Notes under the pieces: generated by a model
Told to the model about the DNA's origin: nothing
The model's database searches: none
The model's input: only the letters and a program-made list of their open reading frames with translations
In this document: positions 29,361-39,245 of the stretch, one piece after another
Numbering within the stretch: position 1 is the stretch's first letter
Layout: each line of letters opens with the position of its first letter
Position numbers and translations under genes: made by a program
Assembly: GCA_000830295.1 (NCBI GenBank)
Contig: CP010425.1
Coordinates: 128,001-192,000, forward strand
Source of the DNA: an archaeon GW2011_AR15
GTDB taxonomy: Archaea; Nanobdellota; Nanobdellia; Woesearchaeales; GW2011-AR15
DNA: 64,000 nucleotides
Direction of reading: 5' to 3'

Positions 29361-29477
29361 GGGCCCGTGGTCTAGTGGTTCAAGTGGTTAGAAATAACAA
29401 CTTACACAAATGACGTTGCCCTTACAAGCATATGCTAAGTGAGGCGAAGGTCACCAGTTCGACTCTGGTCGGGCCCA
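29361..29477 (+). tRNA. tRNA-Val(TAC) with two introns (D-loop about 29381-29409; anticodon loop 29427-29441)
   Basis: Removing both segments gives a cloverleaf closely parallel to tRNA-Val(GAC). The second intron has a strict BHB motif. Confidence 0.88.
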
Positions 29478-29487
29478 CTATTTTTCT

Positions 29488-29982
29488 TTATTCAGGAAAC
29501 AGATACATTATCCTCTCTTCAGCAGCCTCATTAACGAGCTCAATAATCCTGTCTTTCATTCCCTGCGGGATTCTGCCCACAGATTTCAGCATGCCAAGAT
29601 ATCCGTCCAGAATAGGCTTATATGCTGCCCTGAACTCATTGCTGTCCTTAAATTCGGCTTTTACAGCTTCTTCATACGTGTCAACATTATGCCTTATCAG
29701 CCTCTGGTAAAACTCTACTGTTCCACGAAGAAGGCCCCTATCAATTTCAAATGACTTAAATTCATTGGCCAGTGCATCCAAATCGCCTTCGGAAGGCGGA
29801 TAATCCATCCTGTATGCCTCATCAAGGAAAAACCTGGCTTTTTCAGCTCCGAGATCGAAAAATTTGGAGCGGGCTGCTTTCAGCATGAGCTTCATAACCT
29901 TCCCGCTCTCTGAGTAAAGTTTGCCATATATGTCCTCAAACCCTTTCATCTCAAATTCAAGGATAGCATCATAAAGACTCAT
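29488..29982 (-). CDS. Hypothetical helical protein
   Basis: ORF; probable start ATG 29982. Confidence 0.6.
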   Translation of the reverse strand: MSLYDAILEFEMKGFEDIYGKLYSESGKVMKLMLKAARSKFFDLGAEKARFFLDEAYRMDYPPSEGDLDALANEFKSFEIDRGLLRGTVEFYQRLIRHNVDTYEEAVKAEFKDSNEFRAAYKPILDGYLGMLKSVGRIPQGMKDRIIELVNEAAEERIMYLFPE

Positions 29983-30062
29983 GCTCCCGGAGAATTGCAT
30001 TTTTATTATAAAGATATCCAAAGATTGAAAAAATTTTTATACTAATCAGACAAACAAAACCC

Positions 30063-30362
30063 ATGCGCAAGAAAAACGGGAATGCAATAGCCATGATATG
30101 GCTCATATTCGCCCAGCTGTTTATGCTGATAACCCTGCTTCCCTGGTTTGCTGTGTTCGGGCCTTCTTTTATGGTATTCGACAAACAAAATCCAATACTC
30201 TCAGCATTATACGTCGGAGCTGTGGGAAGCTATCCTGTTGTCTGTATCCTCCTCTCAATATTCGCCTGGAAAGCGTATGCCGAGGACAAAATAAGAAAAG
30301 CCGTTGTTCTTGGCTCAATACCCATAGTAATAGCTATAATTTTTATGCTGCTCATAATTTAA
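30063..30362 (+). CDS. Small membrane protein (about 3 TM)
   Basis: Hydrophobic segments. Confidence 0.65.
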   Translation: MRKKNGNAIAMIWLIFAQLFMLITLLPWFAVFGPSFMVFDKQNPILSALYVGAVGSYPVVCILLSIFAWKAYAEDKIRKAVVLGSIPIVIAIIFMLLII

Positions 30363-30403
30363 ACCCAAACTTTTAAATAACTTCTGCTCCTTGCATCTTT
30401 TCT

Positions 30404-31072
30404 ATGAGGAAAAAACCGAAGAGCTTTCTCGGGAAGGCATGGGATTTCATCTGGCATGACAACTCTATATGGAGCTGGATTGTGAATGTCATACTTGCAT
30501 TTGTGCTGATAAAATTCCTTATATACCCCGGGCTTGGCTTTGCCTTTGGGACAAGCCACCCTGTTGTTGCTGTTGTCTCAAGCAGCATGGAGCATGAAGG
30601 CATGGACTATGATGAATTCTGGGCAGAGACAGGAAAATGGTACGAAGAAAACATGGGGATAACGAAAGAGGAATTCAGGAAATATCCTTTCAGTAGCGGA
30701 TTCAGCAAGGGAGATATAATGGTGCTGGTCGGCGTTTCGCCTGATAAAATAAAAAAGGGGGATATACTTGTATTCTGGAACCAGGAAAACAATCCCAATG
30801 CATATCCTATAATACACAGGGTTACTGGTTTTGTGGAAACAGAAAAAAACGGCTTTTTCTACCAGACAAAAGGCGACAACCCTATAACAAACAAGGAGCC
30901 TATAGACTTCTGCAACAGTACAGGATGCATTGATGAAAAGAACATACATGAGAACCAGGCCATAGGGAAAGCAATATTCAGGATACCTTTCATCGGCAAC
31001 CTTAAGATATGGTTTGTTGATTTCCTTCATATGGTCGGCGTGGGAACCACAGTGGACGGGGTGCTGAATTAA
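30404..31072 (+). CDS. Signal peptidase I (archaeal Sec11 type)
   Basis: VSSSM, GD, IIHRV and TKGDN motifs. Confidence 0.93.
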   Translation: MRKKPKSFLGKAWDFIWHDNSIWSWIVNVILAFVLIKFLIYPGLGFAFGTSHPVVAVVSSSMEHEGMDYDEFWAETGKWYEENMGITKEEFRKYPFSSGFSKGDIMVLVGVSPDKIKKGDILVFWNQENNPNAYPIIHRVTGFVETEKNGFFYQTKGDNPITNKEPIDFCNSTGCIDEKNIHENQAIGKAIFRIPFIGNLKIWFVDFLHMVGVGTTVDGVLN

Positions 31073-31073
31073 A

Positions 31074-31391
31074 ATGATGTTCTGCCCGAAATGCGGCTCA
31101 ATACTTGGACCGAAAAAAGTTGGGGGAAAGACAGTAATGGGATGCAGTTGTGGCTATATTAACAGGAAACCGGAGAAACTCGAGATAAAAGAAGTCATTA
31201 AAGACAAAGAAGAGATAGTACCTGTTGAAGAAGAAGTTGAGGTGCATCCATTAACAGACGACGCTGAATGCCCGAAATGCGGGCACACTAAGGCATATTA
31301 CTGGGAAGTCCAGACAAGGGCATCTGACGAGCCTGCGACCAAATTTCTCAAATGCGAGAAGTGCAAACACATATGGCGGGACTATAAATGA
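31074..31391 (+). CDS. tfs: Transcription factor S (RpoM/TFS)
   Basis: Two Zn ribbons and QTRASDEP. Confidence 0.95.
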   Translation: MMFCPKCGSILGPKKVGGKTVMGCSCGYINRKPEKLEIKEVIKDKEEIVPVEEEVEVHPLTDDAECPKCGHTKAYYWEVQTRASDEPATKFLKCEKCKHIWRDYK

Positions 31392-32158
31392 CTTCTGTTG
31401 AATTCTCAAGGCCAAAATCATTAGAAGGGTATAGATGCGTGGATATGCATTTTCATACAACCCACAGTGACGGCGCTGCAACTGTTGAGCAGATACTTGG
31501 AAAGATAAGGACATTGAAGATAGGCGTTGCAGTCACAGACCATACGACCATCTCAGGCTCGCTGGAAATTTTCAGGAAAAAATCAGAGAAAGACTTTGTT
31601 ATCCCCGGAGTGGAAATCAACTCAGAAGAGCGCGTTGATGTCCTTTTCTATTTCTATGATATTGAGGAAATGAAATCTTTTTACAAAAAGGAAATCCTCC
31701 CGAACAGGGTCAGGATGCTGCGATACTTCAGATCAACACTTTCGCTGCCTGAACTTCACAAACTGTCTAAAAAATACAACTGCGTGACTTCTGTGGCACA
31801 TCCTTATGGCTATACAATGAGAGGCGGCTCAAATAGGATATTTGAAAAAAATGAAAATGAACTAAAAAAATTTGATGCAGTAGAAGCCATAAACGGCGGA
31901 ACATCAAGGAAAAACAACCGGCGCGCTGTTGATTATATAAAACAGAACCTTAAATCATATACCGGCGGCAGCGACGGCCATTCAATCTATCCGCTGGGCA
32001 ATGTGCTGACATGCTCAAAAGCCAATACAGTAAAAGAATTCCTGGACAATATCAAAAACAAAAAGAACCATGTCATTGGAAAAGAGCTGAGGTTCAACAA
32101 GTTCAGCGAATATTTTTACTATGGCAAAAATAAGATAAAGAATATTTTTTCAAAATGA
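31388..32158 (+). CDS. PHP-domain phosphoesterase
   Basis: DMHFHT.HSDG, VTDH, AHP and GGSDGH motifs. Confidence 0.92.
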   Translation: MTSVEFSRPKSLEGYRCVDMHFHTTHSDGAATVEQILGKIRTLKIGVAVTDHTTISGSLEIFRKKSEKDFVIPGVEINSEERVDVLFYFYDIEEMKSFYKKEILPNRVRMLRYFRSTLSLPELHKLSKKYNCVTSVAHPYGYTMRGGSNRIFEKNENELKKFDAVEAINGGTSRKNNRRAVDYIKQNLKSYTGGSDGHSIYPLGNVLTCSKANTVKEFLDNIKNKKNHVIGKELRFNKFSEYFYYGKNKIKNIFSK

Positions 32159-32394
32159 TAGACGGTTACATAAAAAACAGCAGGCTGACAATCATCGTAA
32201 AGCCCAATTCATCCAAGAACGAGATAACCGGCTATGACAGGGAAAGAGAAGCAATAAAAGTAAACATAAAAGCAGCAGCTGAAGACAACAAAGCTAACAT
32301 AGAAGTTATAAAATTCTTTTCAAAGCTTACAAAGAAAAAAGTAAGGATAGTATTGGGACTAACAGGAAAAAAGAAAATAATTGAAATAGCCTAA
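32155..32394 (+). CDS. DUF167/YggU family protein
   Basis: VKPNS...A.AEDNKANIE...G.TGKKK pattern. Confidence 0.88.
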   Translation: MIDGYIKNSRLTIIVKPNSSKNEITGYDREREAIKVNIKAAAEDNKANIEVIKFFSKLTKKKVRIVLGLTGKKKIIEIA

Positions 32395-32867
32395 TCTTCT
32401 TTTTCTTCCTTATACTTCACTAATTTCACGCCCGCTTCCTCATATAATTTCCTGGATATCGGATCCAGGTCATAATCCTCGCTGTAATAGACTTTCTTTA
32501 TTCCTGCGTTTATGATGTGCTTCGTGCAGTATCTGCATGTAAAGAGGCTGGTATAAAAAGTGGCGCCTTTAATAGAAACCCCGTTGTATGCTGCCTGCAA
32601 CAGTGCATTTTCCTCTGCATGCACGCAGACACACTCGTCAAGTTTTTCTCCTGACTTTACAGTGCCTTTCACCCTTCCCTCGCACCTCGGGCAGCCGCCT
32701 TCGTCGCAGTTCTTTATCCCTCTCGGCGTGCCATTGTAGCCTGTAGAGAGAATCATGTTGTCTCTTACAATGACTGCTCCCACCTGCCTTGAAGTGCAGG
32801 AACTTCTCTTTGCCACAAGCTTTGCTATTTTGATAAAGTATTCATCCCATGTCGGTTTTTTGTTCAT
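32391..32867 (-). CDS. dCMP deaminase family protein
   Basis: RQVGA, GYNG, HAEENA and CxxC motifs. Confidence 0.93.
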   Translation of the reverse strand: MNKKPTWDEYFIKIAKLVAKRSSCTSRQVGAVIVRDNMILSTGYNGTPRGIKNCDEGGCPRCEGRVKGTVKSGEKLDECVCVHAEENALLQAAYNGVSIKGATFYTSLFTCRYCTKHIINAGIKKVYYSEDYDLDPISRKLYEEAGVKLVKYKEEKED

Positions 32868-33405
32868 TTAACCACCTTTTGAAATTTTCATATTCTTTTT
32901 TTAACTCGTCCATTGTCCCTATATTTCGTATCATATAGTCTGCAATCGCTATCGGCCCCACTTTGTTGATATTCTCTATCTCGCTCTTGTCCCTGCTCTG
33001 CGCTTCCTCCGGCGTAAGAGGCCTGACAGGCCTTTTTCCCAGCCATTTATGCCTGAGTGATGGAGGGGAATAGACTGCAAGGACAATCAGCCTGTTTCCA
33101 AATTTTTCCTTAAGATAAAGATATTCTTCCCAGCTGTAAAGCCCGTCGGCAACCACGTCAGACTTTTTCAGAGCTTTGGTAATCTTAGGCTCGTTGAGGA
33201 TTGCATAAGCAGCCATGCCGTGGTCTTTCCTTAGTTTCTCCCTGATGTACCTCTCGTTCTTCTCATTTACCTGCAGGCCTGCTTCCTTTATTTTCTCCTC
33301 TGTTATATCGCCGAACCTTATCTTATGATAGCCTTCTTTTTCCATCATGCCCGCAAGCTCAGTCTTGCCAGAACCAGTCATGCCAACTATTGCTATTACT
33401 TTCAT
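32842..33405 (-). CDS. P-loop kinase (archaeal dephospho-CoA kinase/UPF0200-like)
   Basis: GMTGSGKT, DG, RD..E and AD..I.N.G motifs; probable start 33405. Confidence 0.85.
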   Translation of the reverse strand: MKVIAIVGMTGSGKTELAGMMEKEGYHKIRFGDITEEKIKEAGLQVNEKNERYIREKLRKDHGMAAYAILNEPKITKALKKSDVVADGLYSWEEYLYLKEKFGNRLIVLAVYSPPSLRHKWLGKRPVRPLTPEEAQSRDKSEIENINKVGPIAIADYMIRNIGTMDELKKEYENFKRWLNEQKTDMG

Positions 33406-33482
33406 TATTCCCCCGATCCAGAGATGATAGCATAATAATTTAAATATGTTGCTGTATTGCAGGATACAGATATGGGGGCTAC

Positions 33483-33575
33483 ATGAAACCGCTAATGCTT
33501 TTGGCAGTTCTTGCAGTGCTTTCGCTGGCGGCATTCGCGGCAGTTCTGCGGGTATTTGTGTGGGTGAGAAGATGA
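33483..33575 (+). CDS. 30-aa single-TM micro-protein
   Basis: MKPLMLLAVLAVLSLAAFAAVLRVFVWVRR; ATGA overlap with the DoxX start. Confidence 0.5.
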   Translation: MKPLMLLAVLAVLSLAAFAAVLRVFVWVRR

Positions 33576-34042
33576 AGGAAAAGGCTGCTGTTCTGCTTAG
33601 GATCGGATTATCGCTGGTGTTCCTGTGGTTTGGCTTTAACCAGCTTTTGTTCCCTGAAAGTTTTTTAGGGTATTTGCCGGAGTGGGTGATGGGGCATGCG
33701 AGGGACTCAATACCTCATTATATGATGGTAATGATGAGCTATCTGCCGGAGAACCTCTCTATTCTCATAATAGTGAATGGTATTTTTGAAATAACCTTCG
33801 GTACTCTTTTGTTATTGGGAGTGTTTACAAGAATCTCCTCGCTGGTTCTTGCAGCACATCTGGCGTTTATAGCCGTAAGCCTTGGGTACAATGATGTTGC
33901 AGTAAGAGATTTCGGCCTGGTAATTGCCGCTCTTTCAGTATTCCTGCATGGGCCGGATGAGAAATCACTAGACAGGAAATTAAAAATCAGAATACCAAAA
34001 ATTCTTAAGCCGCTTTATTTCTTTGATGATAAGCTCAAATGA
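33572..34042 (+). CDS. DoxX family membrane protein
   Basis: LLRIGLSLVFLWFG, GIFEI, LLLGVFTR and RD motifs. Confidence 0.85.
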   Translation: MKEKAAVLLRIGLSLVFLWFGFNQLLFPESFLGYLPEWVMGHARDSIPHYMMVMMSYLPENLSILIIVNGIFEITFGTLLLLGVFTRISSLVLAAHLAFIAVSLGYNDVAVRDFGLVIAALSVFLHGPDEKSLDRKLKIRIPKILKPLYFFDDKLK

Positions 34043-34614
34043 AACCTGAAGAAGGAGATATTGAAGAGATAGAGAATCTTAATCAGGACAAGAAACTACT
34101 CAAGAGGCTGAAGAAAATATATATTGTTGTCATTGCGCTCCTTCTTGCTGCATTGCTTATAATGAATACAAATGCGGGCTACCATATTATTTCACTTCTC
34201 TCAGGCAGGATAGTGACTTCAAATCTTGGAGAGGACTATACTTTTGCGCTGAAAAAAGGCGGCCTGGTTATATTTGAAAAAGAAACATATGAAATACTGA
34301 GGCAGATGTATCTCGATAACCAGGAGCATGAGATAAAGGCCTGCCTGACCGGATACAGGAATGAAAACAACTATGTTGTGGAAGGGCTCTATGCCCCTTT
34401 AATATACAGGCAGGATGTTTATTCAGTAACTTCTCAGCTGTGCAACAGCAGCACTATTGTCTCGCTGCACAGCCATCCCCCGCTGAGCTGCATATTTTCA
34501 GAGCAGGACATAGAATCATATGGGGCATTCAAGGGTGTTAACCCTGAAGGTATAATAGGAGTCATGTGCGGGGAAGAGACAATTACCTTCTACGGCTACC
34601 AGAATAAAGTTTAA
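34039..34614 (+). CDS. Membrane-anchored JAB/MPN-like protein
   Basis: N-terminal TM; EHEIKAC...SLHSHPPLSCIFSEQD JAMM motif. Confidence 0.7.
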   Translation: MKPEEGDIEEIENLNQDKKLLKRLKKIYIVVIALLLAALLIMNTNAGYHIISLLSGRIVTSNLGEDYTFALKKGGLVIFEKETYEILRQMYLDNQEHEIKACLTGYRNENNYVVEGLYAPLIYRQDVYSVTSQLCNSSTIVSLHSHPPLSCIFSEQDIESYGAFKGVNPEGIIGVMCGEETITFYGYQNKV

Positions 34615-34691
34615 ATACTTCTCTTATTACTATATTCCAGTTCTATATTAGAACGATACTTTTATATACCAGTATACAAATATATAATAAA

Positions 34692-35459
34692 ATGCTAGAG
34701 GCCTCAGTGAAGTCAAACGACCAGATATTCAACATTCTCTTTAATAGCGATGAGATTACCTGGCAGAATATGATTTATGATCTTGTTAGTTCAGAGAATA
34801 TGGACCCGTGGGACATTGACGTGTCAATGCTTGCCCAGAAGTTCCTTGAGAAACTGAACAAACTGAAAGATATGGACCTGAAGATATCTGGGAAAGTGCT
34901 TTTGGCTGCAGCTATACTTCTCAGGGTGAAATCATACAGGTTCATGGAAGAGGACATAAACGCTCTTGACACCCTAATTGCATCAGCCAACGAGCCTGAG
35001 CATGACGGCGATCTGTTTGATGAGATGATGGAATATGAGGAGGGTGCTCTCAGTCTTGAAGGAAGGCCAAGGATATACCCAAGGACACCTCAGCCAAGGA
35101 AGAGGAAAGTCTCTGTGTTTGACCTGGTAAATGCCCTTGAAAAAGCCCTAGAAGTCTATGAGAGAAGGCCTCCGAAGATGAAAAGCTATCCTGAGGTAAA
35201 GATTCCTGAGAAAACACTTGATATAAGCAGGGTAATAAAAGATGTATATGCAAAGATAGTCCGTCATTTCAAATCAAAGGGGAAGGAAGCCCCAAAACTG
35301 ACATTTAATCTCCTCCTGCCTGAAAACACAAAAGAGGATAAGGTGTTCACATTCATTCCTCTGCTCCACCTGGACAACCAGAGAAAAATAGACCTGATAC
35401 AGGAGTATCACCATGGCGAGATTTTCATAGATCTTCTCAATTCCCCTGAAACTTCCTAA
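34692..35459 (+). CDS. scpA: Segregation/condensation protein A (kleisin)
   Basis: MDPWDID, AAILLRVKS and FIPLLHL motifs. Confidence 0.92.
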   Translation: MLEASVKSNDQIFNILFNSDEITWQNMIYDLVSSENMDPWDIDVSMLAQKFLEKLNKLKDMDLKISGKVLLAAAILLRVKSYRFMEEDINALDTLIASANEPEHDGDLFDEMMEYEEGALSLEGRPRIYPRTPQPRKRKVSVFDLVNALEKALEVYERRPPKMKSYPEVKIPEKTLDISRVIKDVYAKIVRHFKSKGKEAPKLTFNLLLPENTKEDKVFTFIPLLHLDNQRKIDLIQEYHHGEIFIDLLNSPETS

Positions 35460-35561
35460 AGTAAGGGTTAGGATAGAATGGTTCCTGAGCCTTATCTTTC
35501 CACAGGATACCGGAAAATCTAGGCGAAAATTATAAATACCTCGCTTTTAACCCATTTAGCT

Positions 35562-36668
35562 ATGGGGTTTACAAATCTTACGGCAATAGCAGATTCTGTT
35601 GATAATTACATGGTTTCTGCCGGGATAAATGAGATACATTTCAGAGCAGGGATCGTGCTGCTGACTTTCCTTATTCTTGGATTAATAACAATGCTCCTTT
35701 TCAAGGTTATCCTGAAAAGACTGGTGCAAAAAACAAAAACTGATTTTGATGACAAGGTAATTGATGCAACACAGATGCCTGTGCTCCTCCTGGTCATCAT
35801 GTCAGGAATATTCTTCTCAGGCAAGATGCTTGATCTGGACATGTCCCTGCAGCCTTATTTTTCAAAGATATACCTCTCAATAGTCTCTTACCTCCTGTTC
35901 CTGATATTGCTCAGGGTCGTACTTCTTATTGTGCATCGTGTAAGGGAAGTTACCACAACAAGGAAAGTGAAAGTCTTTGAAGATAAGGTCTTCCCGGTTT
36001 TTGAAAAAAGCCTTAAGGTTCTTATGGTTATAGTCTATATTTTCGTGTTCTTCCACATATGGGCTATAAATTTTACTCCGCTGCTGGCAAGCGCGGGTAT
36101 TCTCGGCCTGGCTATAGCATTCGCAGCACAGAGCACAATTGCAAATATCTTTGGCGGAATCTCTCTGTTCCTGGACAAGACATATGAAATCGGAGACTAC
36201 ATAATCGTTGATGATAAGGACAGGGGCGAGATAATAGATCTCGGCCTGAGAAGCACAAAGATAAGGACAACTGCTGGTGTTCTAATAACTATTCCCAATT
36301 CAATAATGGCAAACACCAAAGTGGTGAATGAGTCAGGCATAAACCCTAAGATAAGGATCCACGTTGAAGTTGGCGTTTCCTATGATTCAGACCTGGACAA
36401 GGTAGAAAAGTTATTGCTTGATATGGCAGGGAGATCTGATTATGTTGAAAAGAACCCTGAGCCGCACGTGAGATTCAGGAACTTCGGGGATTCAGGGATT
36501 ACTCTGCAATACCTGTTCTGGATAAAAGACCCGTCCTATAAGGGAATTTACACAAGCCTTGCAATAAAAGAGATTCATAAGAAATTCAGAGAAGAGGGAA
36601 TAGAGATACCATATCCAAAGAGGGATTTATACATAAAGAAAAGTTCTGAGATAAAAGTGAAAAAATGA
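35562..36668 (+). CDS. mscS: MscS family mechanosensitive channel
   Basis: GLAIAFAAQ, GD.I, GLRST, IPNS and IEIPYP motifs. Confidence 0.93.
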   Translation: MGFTNLTAIADSVDNYMVSAGINEIHFRAGIVLLTFLILGLITMLLFKVILKRLVQKTKTDFDDKVIDATQMPVLLLVIMSGIFFSGKMLDLDMSLQPYFSKIYLSIVSYLLFLILLRVVLLIVHRVREVTTTRKVKVFEDKVFPVFEKSLKVLMVIVYIFVFFHIWAINFTPLLASAGILGLAIAFAAQSTIANIFGGISLFLDKTYEIGDYIIVDDKDRGEIIDLGLRSTKIRTTAGVLITIPNSIMANTKVVNESGINPKIRIHVEVGVSYDSDLDKVEKLLLDMAGRSDYVEKNPEPHVRFRNFGDSGITLQYLFWIKDPSYKGIYTSLAIKEIHKKFREEGIEIPYPKRDLYIKKSSEIKVKK

Positions 36669-36997
36669 TAGGATTTGCCGATTTTCTGAAGGTTGATATA
36701 AGAGTAGGAAAAATCATTGAAGTAGAGGATTTTCCTGAGGCAAAGAATCCCAGCTATATACTGAAAATTGATTTCGGAGAGCTTGGTATAAAGAGATCAT
36801 CAGCGCAGCTCGTAAAGACATACAGCAAGAAGGAGCTGAAAGGAAAAAAGGTGCTGGCTGTTGTCAATTTTCCGCCCAAGCAGATAGGCCCTGTCATGTC
36901 TGAGGTTCTCACACTCGGAGTTCCCAATGGTAATAAGGGAGAGTGCATACTTGCTGTGCCTGACAAGGACGTGCCGATTGGCGGCAGACTCTATTAA
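36665..36997 (+). CDS. csaA: CsaA/Trbp111 tRNA-binding OB protein
   Basis: DIRVG, SSAQ, VNFPPKQIG and SEVLTLG motifs. Confidence 0.9.
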   Translation: MIGFADFLKVDIRVGKIIEVEDFPEAKNPSYILKIDFGELGIKRSSAQLVKTYSKKELKGKKVLAVVNFPPKQIGPVMSEVLTLGVPNGNKGECILAVPDKDVPIGGRLY

Positions 36998-37035
36998 AGG
37001 AAAGTTATTTATATCTTGTTAACCTGTATATTTTT

Positions 37036-37170
37036 ATGGTATGCGAACACGTGAAAGAATTGTACAGGTATGTGAAAGAGCATGACCTGAAAATATCCGC
37101 GCATGATATCCTGACAGTAGAGTGCAGGAAATGCAGAGATAAAGACAAGTGTGATATAATCCCCTCATAA
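37036..37170 (+). CDS. 44-aa Cys-rich micro-protein (putative Zn binder)
   Basis: MVCEHVKELY...ECRKCRDKDKCDIIPS, with a TATA-like box upstream. Confidence 0.55.
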   Translation: MVCEHVKELYRYVKEHDLKISAHDILTVECRKCRDKDKCDIIPS

Positions 37171-37370
37171 AGTTTAAATATAATCTAAACATTCCTTTTC
37201 GGCATGGCTTATACAGAATCAGTATCCGGGTTCTTTTTCTTTAACTAGTCATAGGCCTAAACTAAAATTCCTTTCTCAACTGGTCTGAAAAACCGCAAGC
37301 TTCTGGAATGAAAAACTGGGCCTCCGGGATTCAATAAAAAAACAAAATAAAAAACACGGAGGAGTAAAAA

Positions 37371-37949
37371 ATGGTAGATATACTGGTTAAAGACTTAGAA
37401 GATTATGTAAAGGAATATAGCTCGCTGGCAAATGAGCTGCTGAATTACAAAAGCTCTGTGCTGAGAGCAATGCTAGGAAAAAGTATAAATTACAGTTACA
37501 GAGAAACCCGGTGGGCTAAATCTAAACTCTCTATCGGGCCCGGTATAAATCATACGCCTGAGCTTCCTGGACTATATCTTGAAAGGAAAAACCTAGATGA
37601 AGTCACGGGCAAGCAGGTAGTCAGAATCAGCGGAATAGGAAGTGTGGTTAATTATCTGGAAGAAATAACATTGGACCCTGAGGATGTATCGACCCACGAG
37701 ATAAGGCAGGCTGCTGTAAATTCCCCACCTTATCTAGGCATAGACCAACCCGATGAACTCGAAATCAATTACGGCAGCAGAGAGGAATTGATAAGTAGCC
37801 TAATGAAGCTCCGCAAATTAGGAAGGCACCTGTCTGAGAAGCTAATTGAGCTCCAAGAGAGCTACAAACAGAAACATGGAGCTGTCATCAATCAATATGT
37901 TGAAAGTGCAAGACGTTGGCGTGAAACGAGAGAGGAATATTGCTTTTAG
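37371..37949 (+). CDS. Hypothetical protein
   Basis: Strong GGAGGAG SD. Confidence 0.7.
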   Translation: MVDILVKDLEDYVKEYSSLANELLNYKSSVLRAMLGKSINYSYRETRWAKSKLSIGPGINHTPELPGLYLERKNLDEVTGKQVVRISGIGSVVNYLEEITLDPEDVSTHEIRQAAVNSPPYLGIDQPDELEINYGSREELISSLMKLRKLGRHLSEKLIELQESYKQKHGAVINQYVESARRWRETREEYCF

Positions 37950-37959
37950 GTGATGAAAG

Positions 37960-38424
37960 ATGATAGAAATATTAATGTTGGGTATGTGTACACTGATAGC
38001 TGGAATGTTCTGGAGCCCGAGGTTTGGCGATGCCACCCGGTATCTTTCAGAAGACAAAAAAGAGGCTCGGGAGCCGGAAGGATGGTGGAGCGGCATGGCT
38101 CAGCTTCCGGGCTCAACGCAATATCTGAAGCACACTACAATAAGCATCCCTGAAAGCATCTCAGGGCTGTTCCCAGAGCATGAGACTATGAGAATAGGGT
38201 ATGATGTGCATTCCAATGCAATATATCTCTATCTTGTAGGAGAAAACGGCTCAGGCCGGAACAGGATGATTGGCTCTGTTGAGTATCATTCAGATGACCC
38301 TAACGATTACAACAGCAAAGCAAGAGAGATTGCCAGGGATGAAAGCCGGCTGCTGGAAATCATCAGGAAATATGCGTCCAACTGGATGAGACCGATTGGA
38401 AAAGTGAGATATCGGCAGGAATAA
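37960..38424 (+). CDS. Hypothetical protein with N-terminal TM/signal
   Basis: AGGTGA SD and hydrophobic N-terminus. Confidence 0.65.
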   Translation: MIEILMLGMCTLIAGMFWSPRFGDATRYLSEDKKEAREPEGWWSGMAQLPGSTQYLKHTTISIPESISGLFPEHETMRIGYDVHSNAIYLYLVGENGSGRNRMIGSVEYHSDDPNDYNSKAREIARDESRLLEIIRKYASNWMRPIGKVRYRQE

Positions 38425-38479
38425 TTATTTTTTTTCTTTTTTAACAATCTTTTTAAAGATATTCTGGTTATCTGTATTA

Positions 38480-38809
38480 ATGGCTGAACTATCCAAAAAA
38501 AGCTGCGTGCCGTGCAGAACAGGGGCTCCCAAGCTGAAGAGAGAGGAAATAGAAAATTACCTCACGGATTTAGAGAAAGACTGGAAAGTTGTTGATAATC
38601 ATCATCTCTATAAAAAATTCAACTTCCCTGATTTTATCTCTACTCTTAATTTTGTTAACAAGATAGGGGAGATTGCTGAAGAGGAAGGCCACCACCCAAA
38701 CATATGCTTCACATGGGGGATTGTTGAAGTTAAGATATGGACCCACAAAATAGATGGCCTGCATGAGAACGACTTTATTCTGGCGGCAAAAATTGATAAG
38801 CTGGTTTAA
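38480..38809 (+). CDS. Pterin-4-alpha-carbinolamine dehydratase family
   Basis: EEGHHP, WTH and DFILAAKID motifs. Confidence 0.93.
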   Translation: MAELSKKSCVPCRTGAPKLKREEIENYLTDLEKDWKVVDNHHLYKKFNFPDFISTLNFVNKIGEIAEEEGHHPNICFTWGIVEVKIWTHKIDGLHENDFILAAKIDKLV

Positions 38810-39096
38810 AGCAGCACAAGCGATGAAGTAGCCCCACAGTAGAAATAGATGTTGTTTATCGGCAGGTCAAAATGCTTTCTCAGCGACCGCGCCTGTTTCC
38901 TTGCCTTTGTTATCCTGAAAGAGCATTTGACTTCATAGAGATCGAATGTGTCCCCTTTTTTGGCGAGAAGGTCAATTTCGCCGAGAGAGCGCTTTTTCTT
39001 TTTTATCATAATGTTGGTAGAAACAGAATCATACCTGTCCTTTATTTTATCGTGCAGGTCCTTTAGATACCTATCGTGCTTGTTTAACCTAAACAC
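38806..39096 (-). CDS. Small PD-(D/E)xK nuclease-fold protein (YraN/Hjc-like)
   Basis: GEIDLLA...YEVK...KARKQ. Confidence 0.7.
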   Translation of the reverse strand: MFRLNKHDRYLKDLHDKIKDRYDSVSTNIMIKKKKRSLGEIDLLAKKGDTFDLYEVKCSFRITKARKQARSLRKHFDLPINNIYFYCGATSSLVLL

Positions 39097-39212
39097 CCTT
39101 TAGATTATACCAGTATACATATTTATATGATTTATATATTTTGCGATACCACTGATGTTTAGAAACCAATATCTATAAAATTGGTTTTTTATTACAGAAA
39201 TCTTTAAATAAT

Positions 39213-39228
39213 GTTCGGCTTTCCAAAC
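39213..39228. promoter_or_regulatory. Putative DtxR-type operator, copy 1
   Basis: GTTCGG-N4-CCAAAC just downstream of the TATA box of the FTR1 operon; a second copy lies at 62341-62356. Confidence 0.6.
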
Positions 39229-39245
39229 TTCAAAGGTGAATAAAA

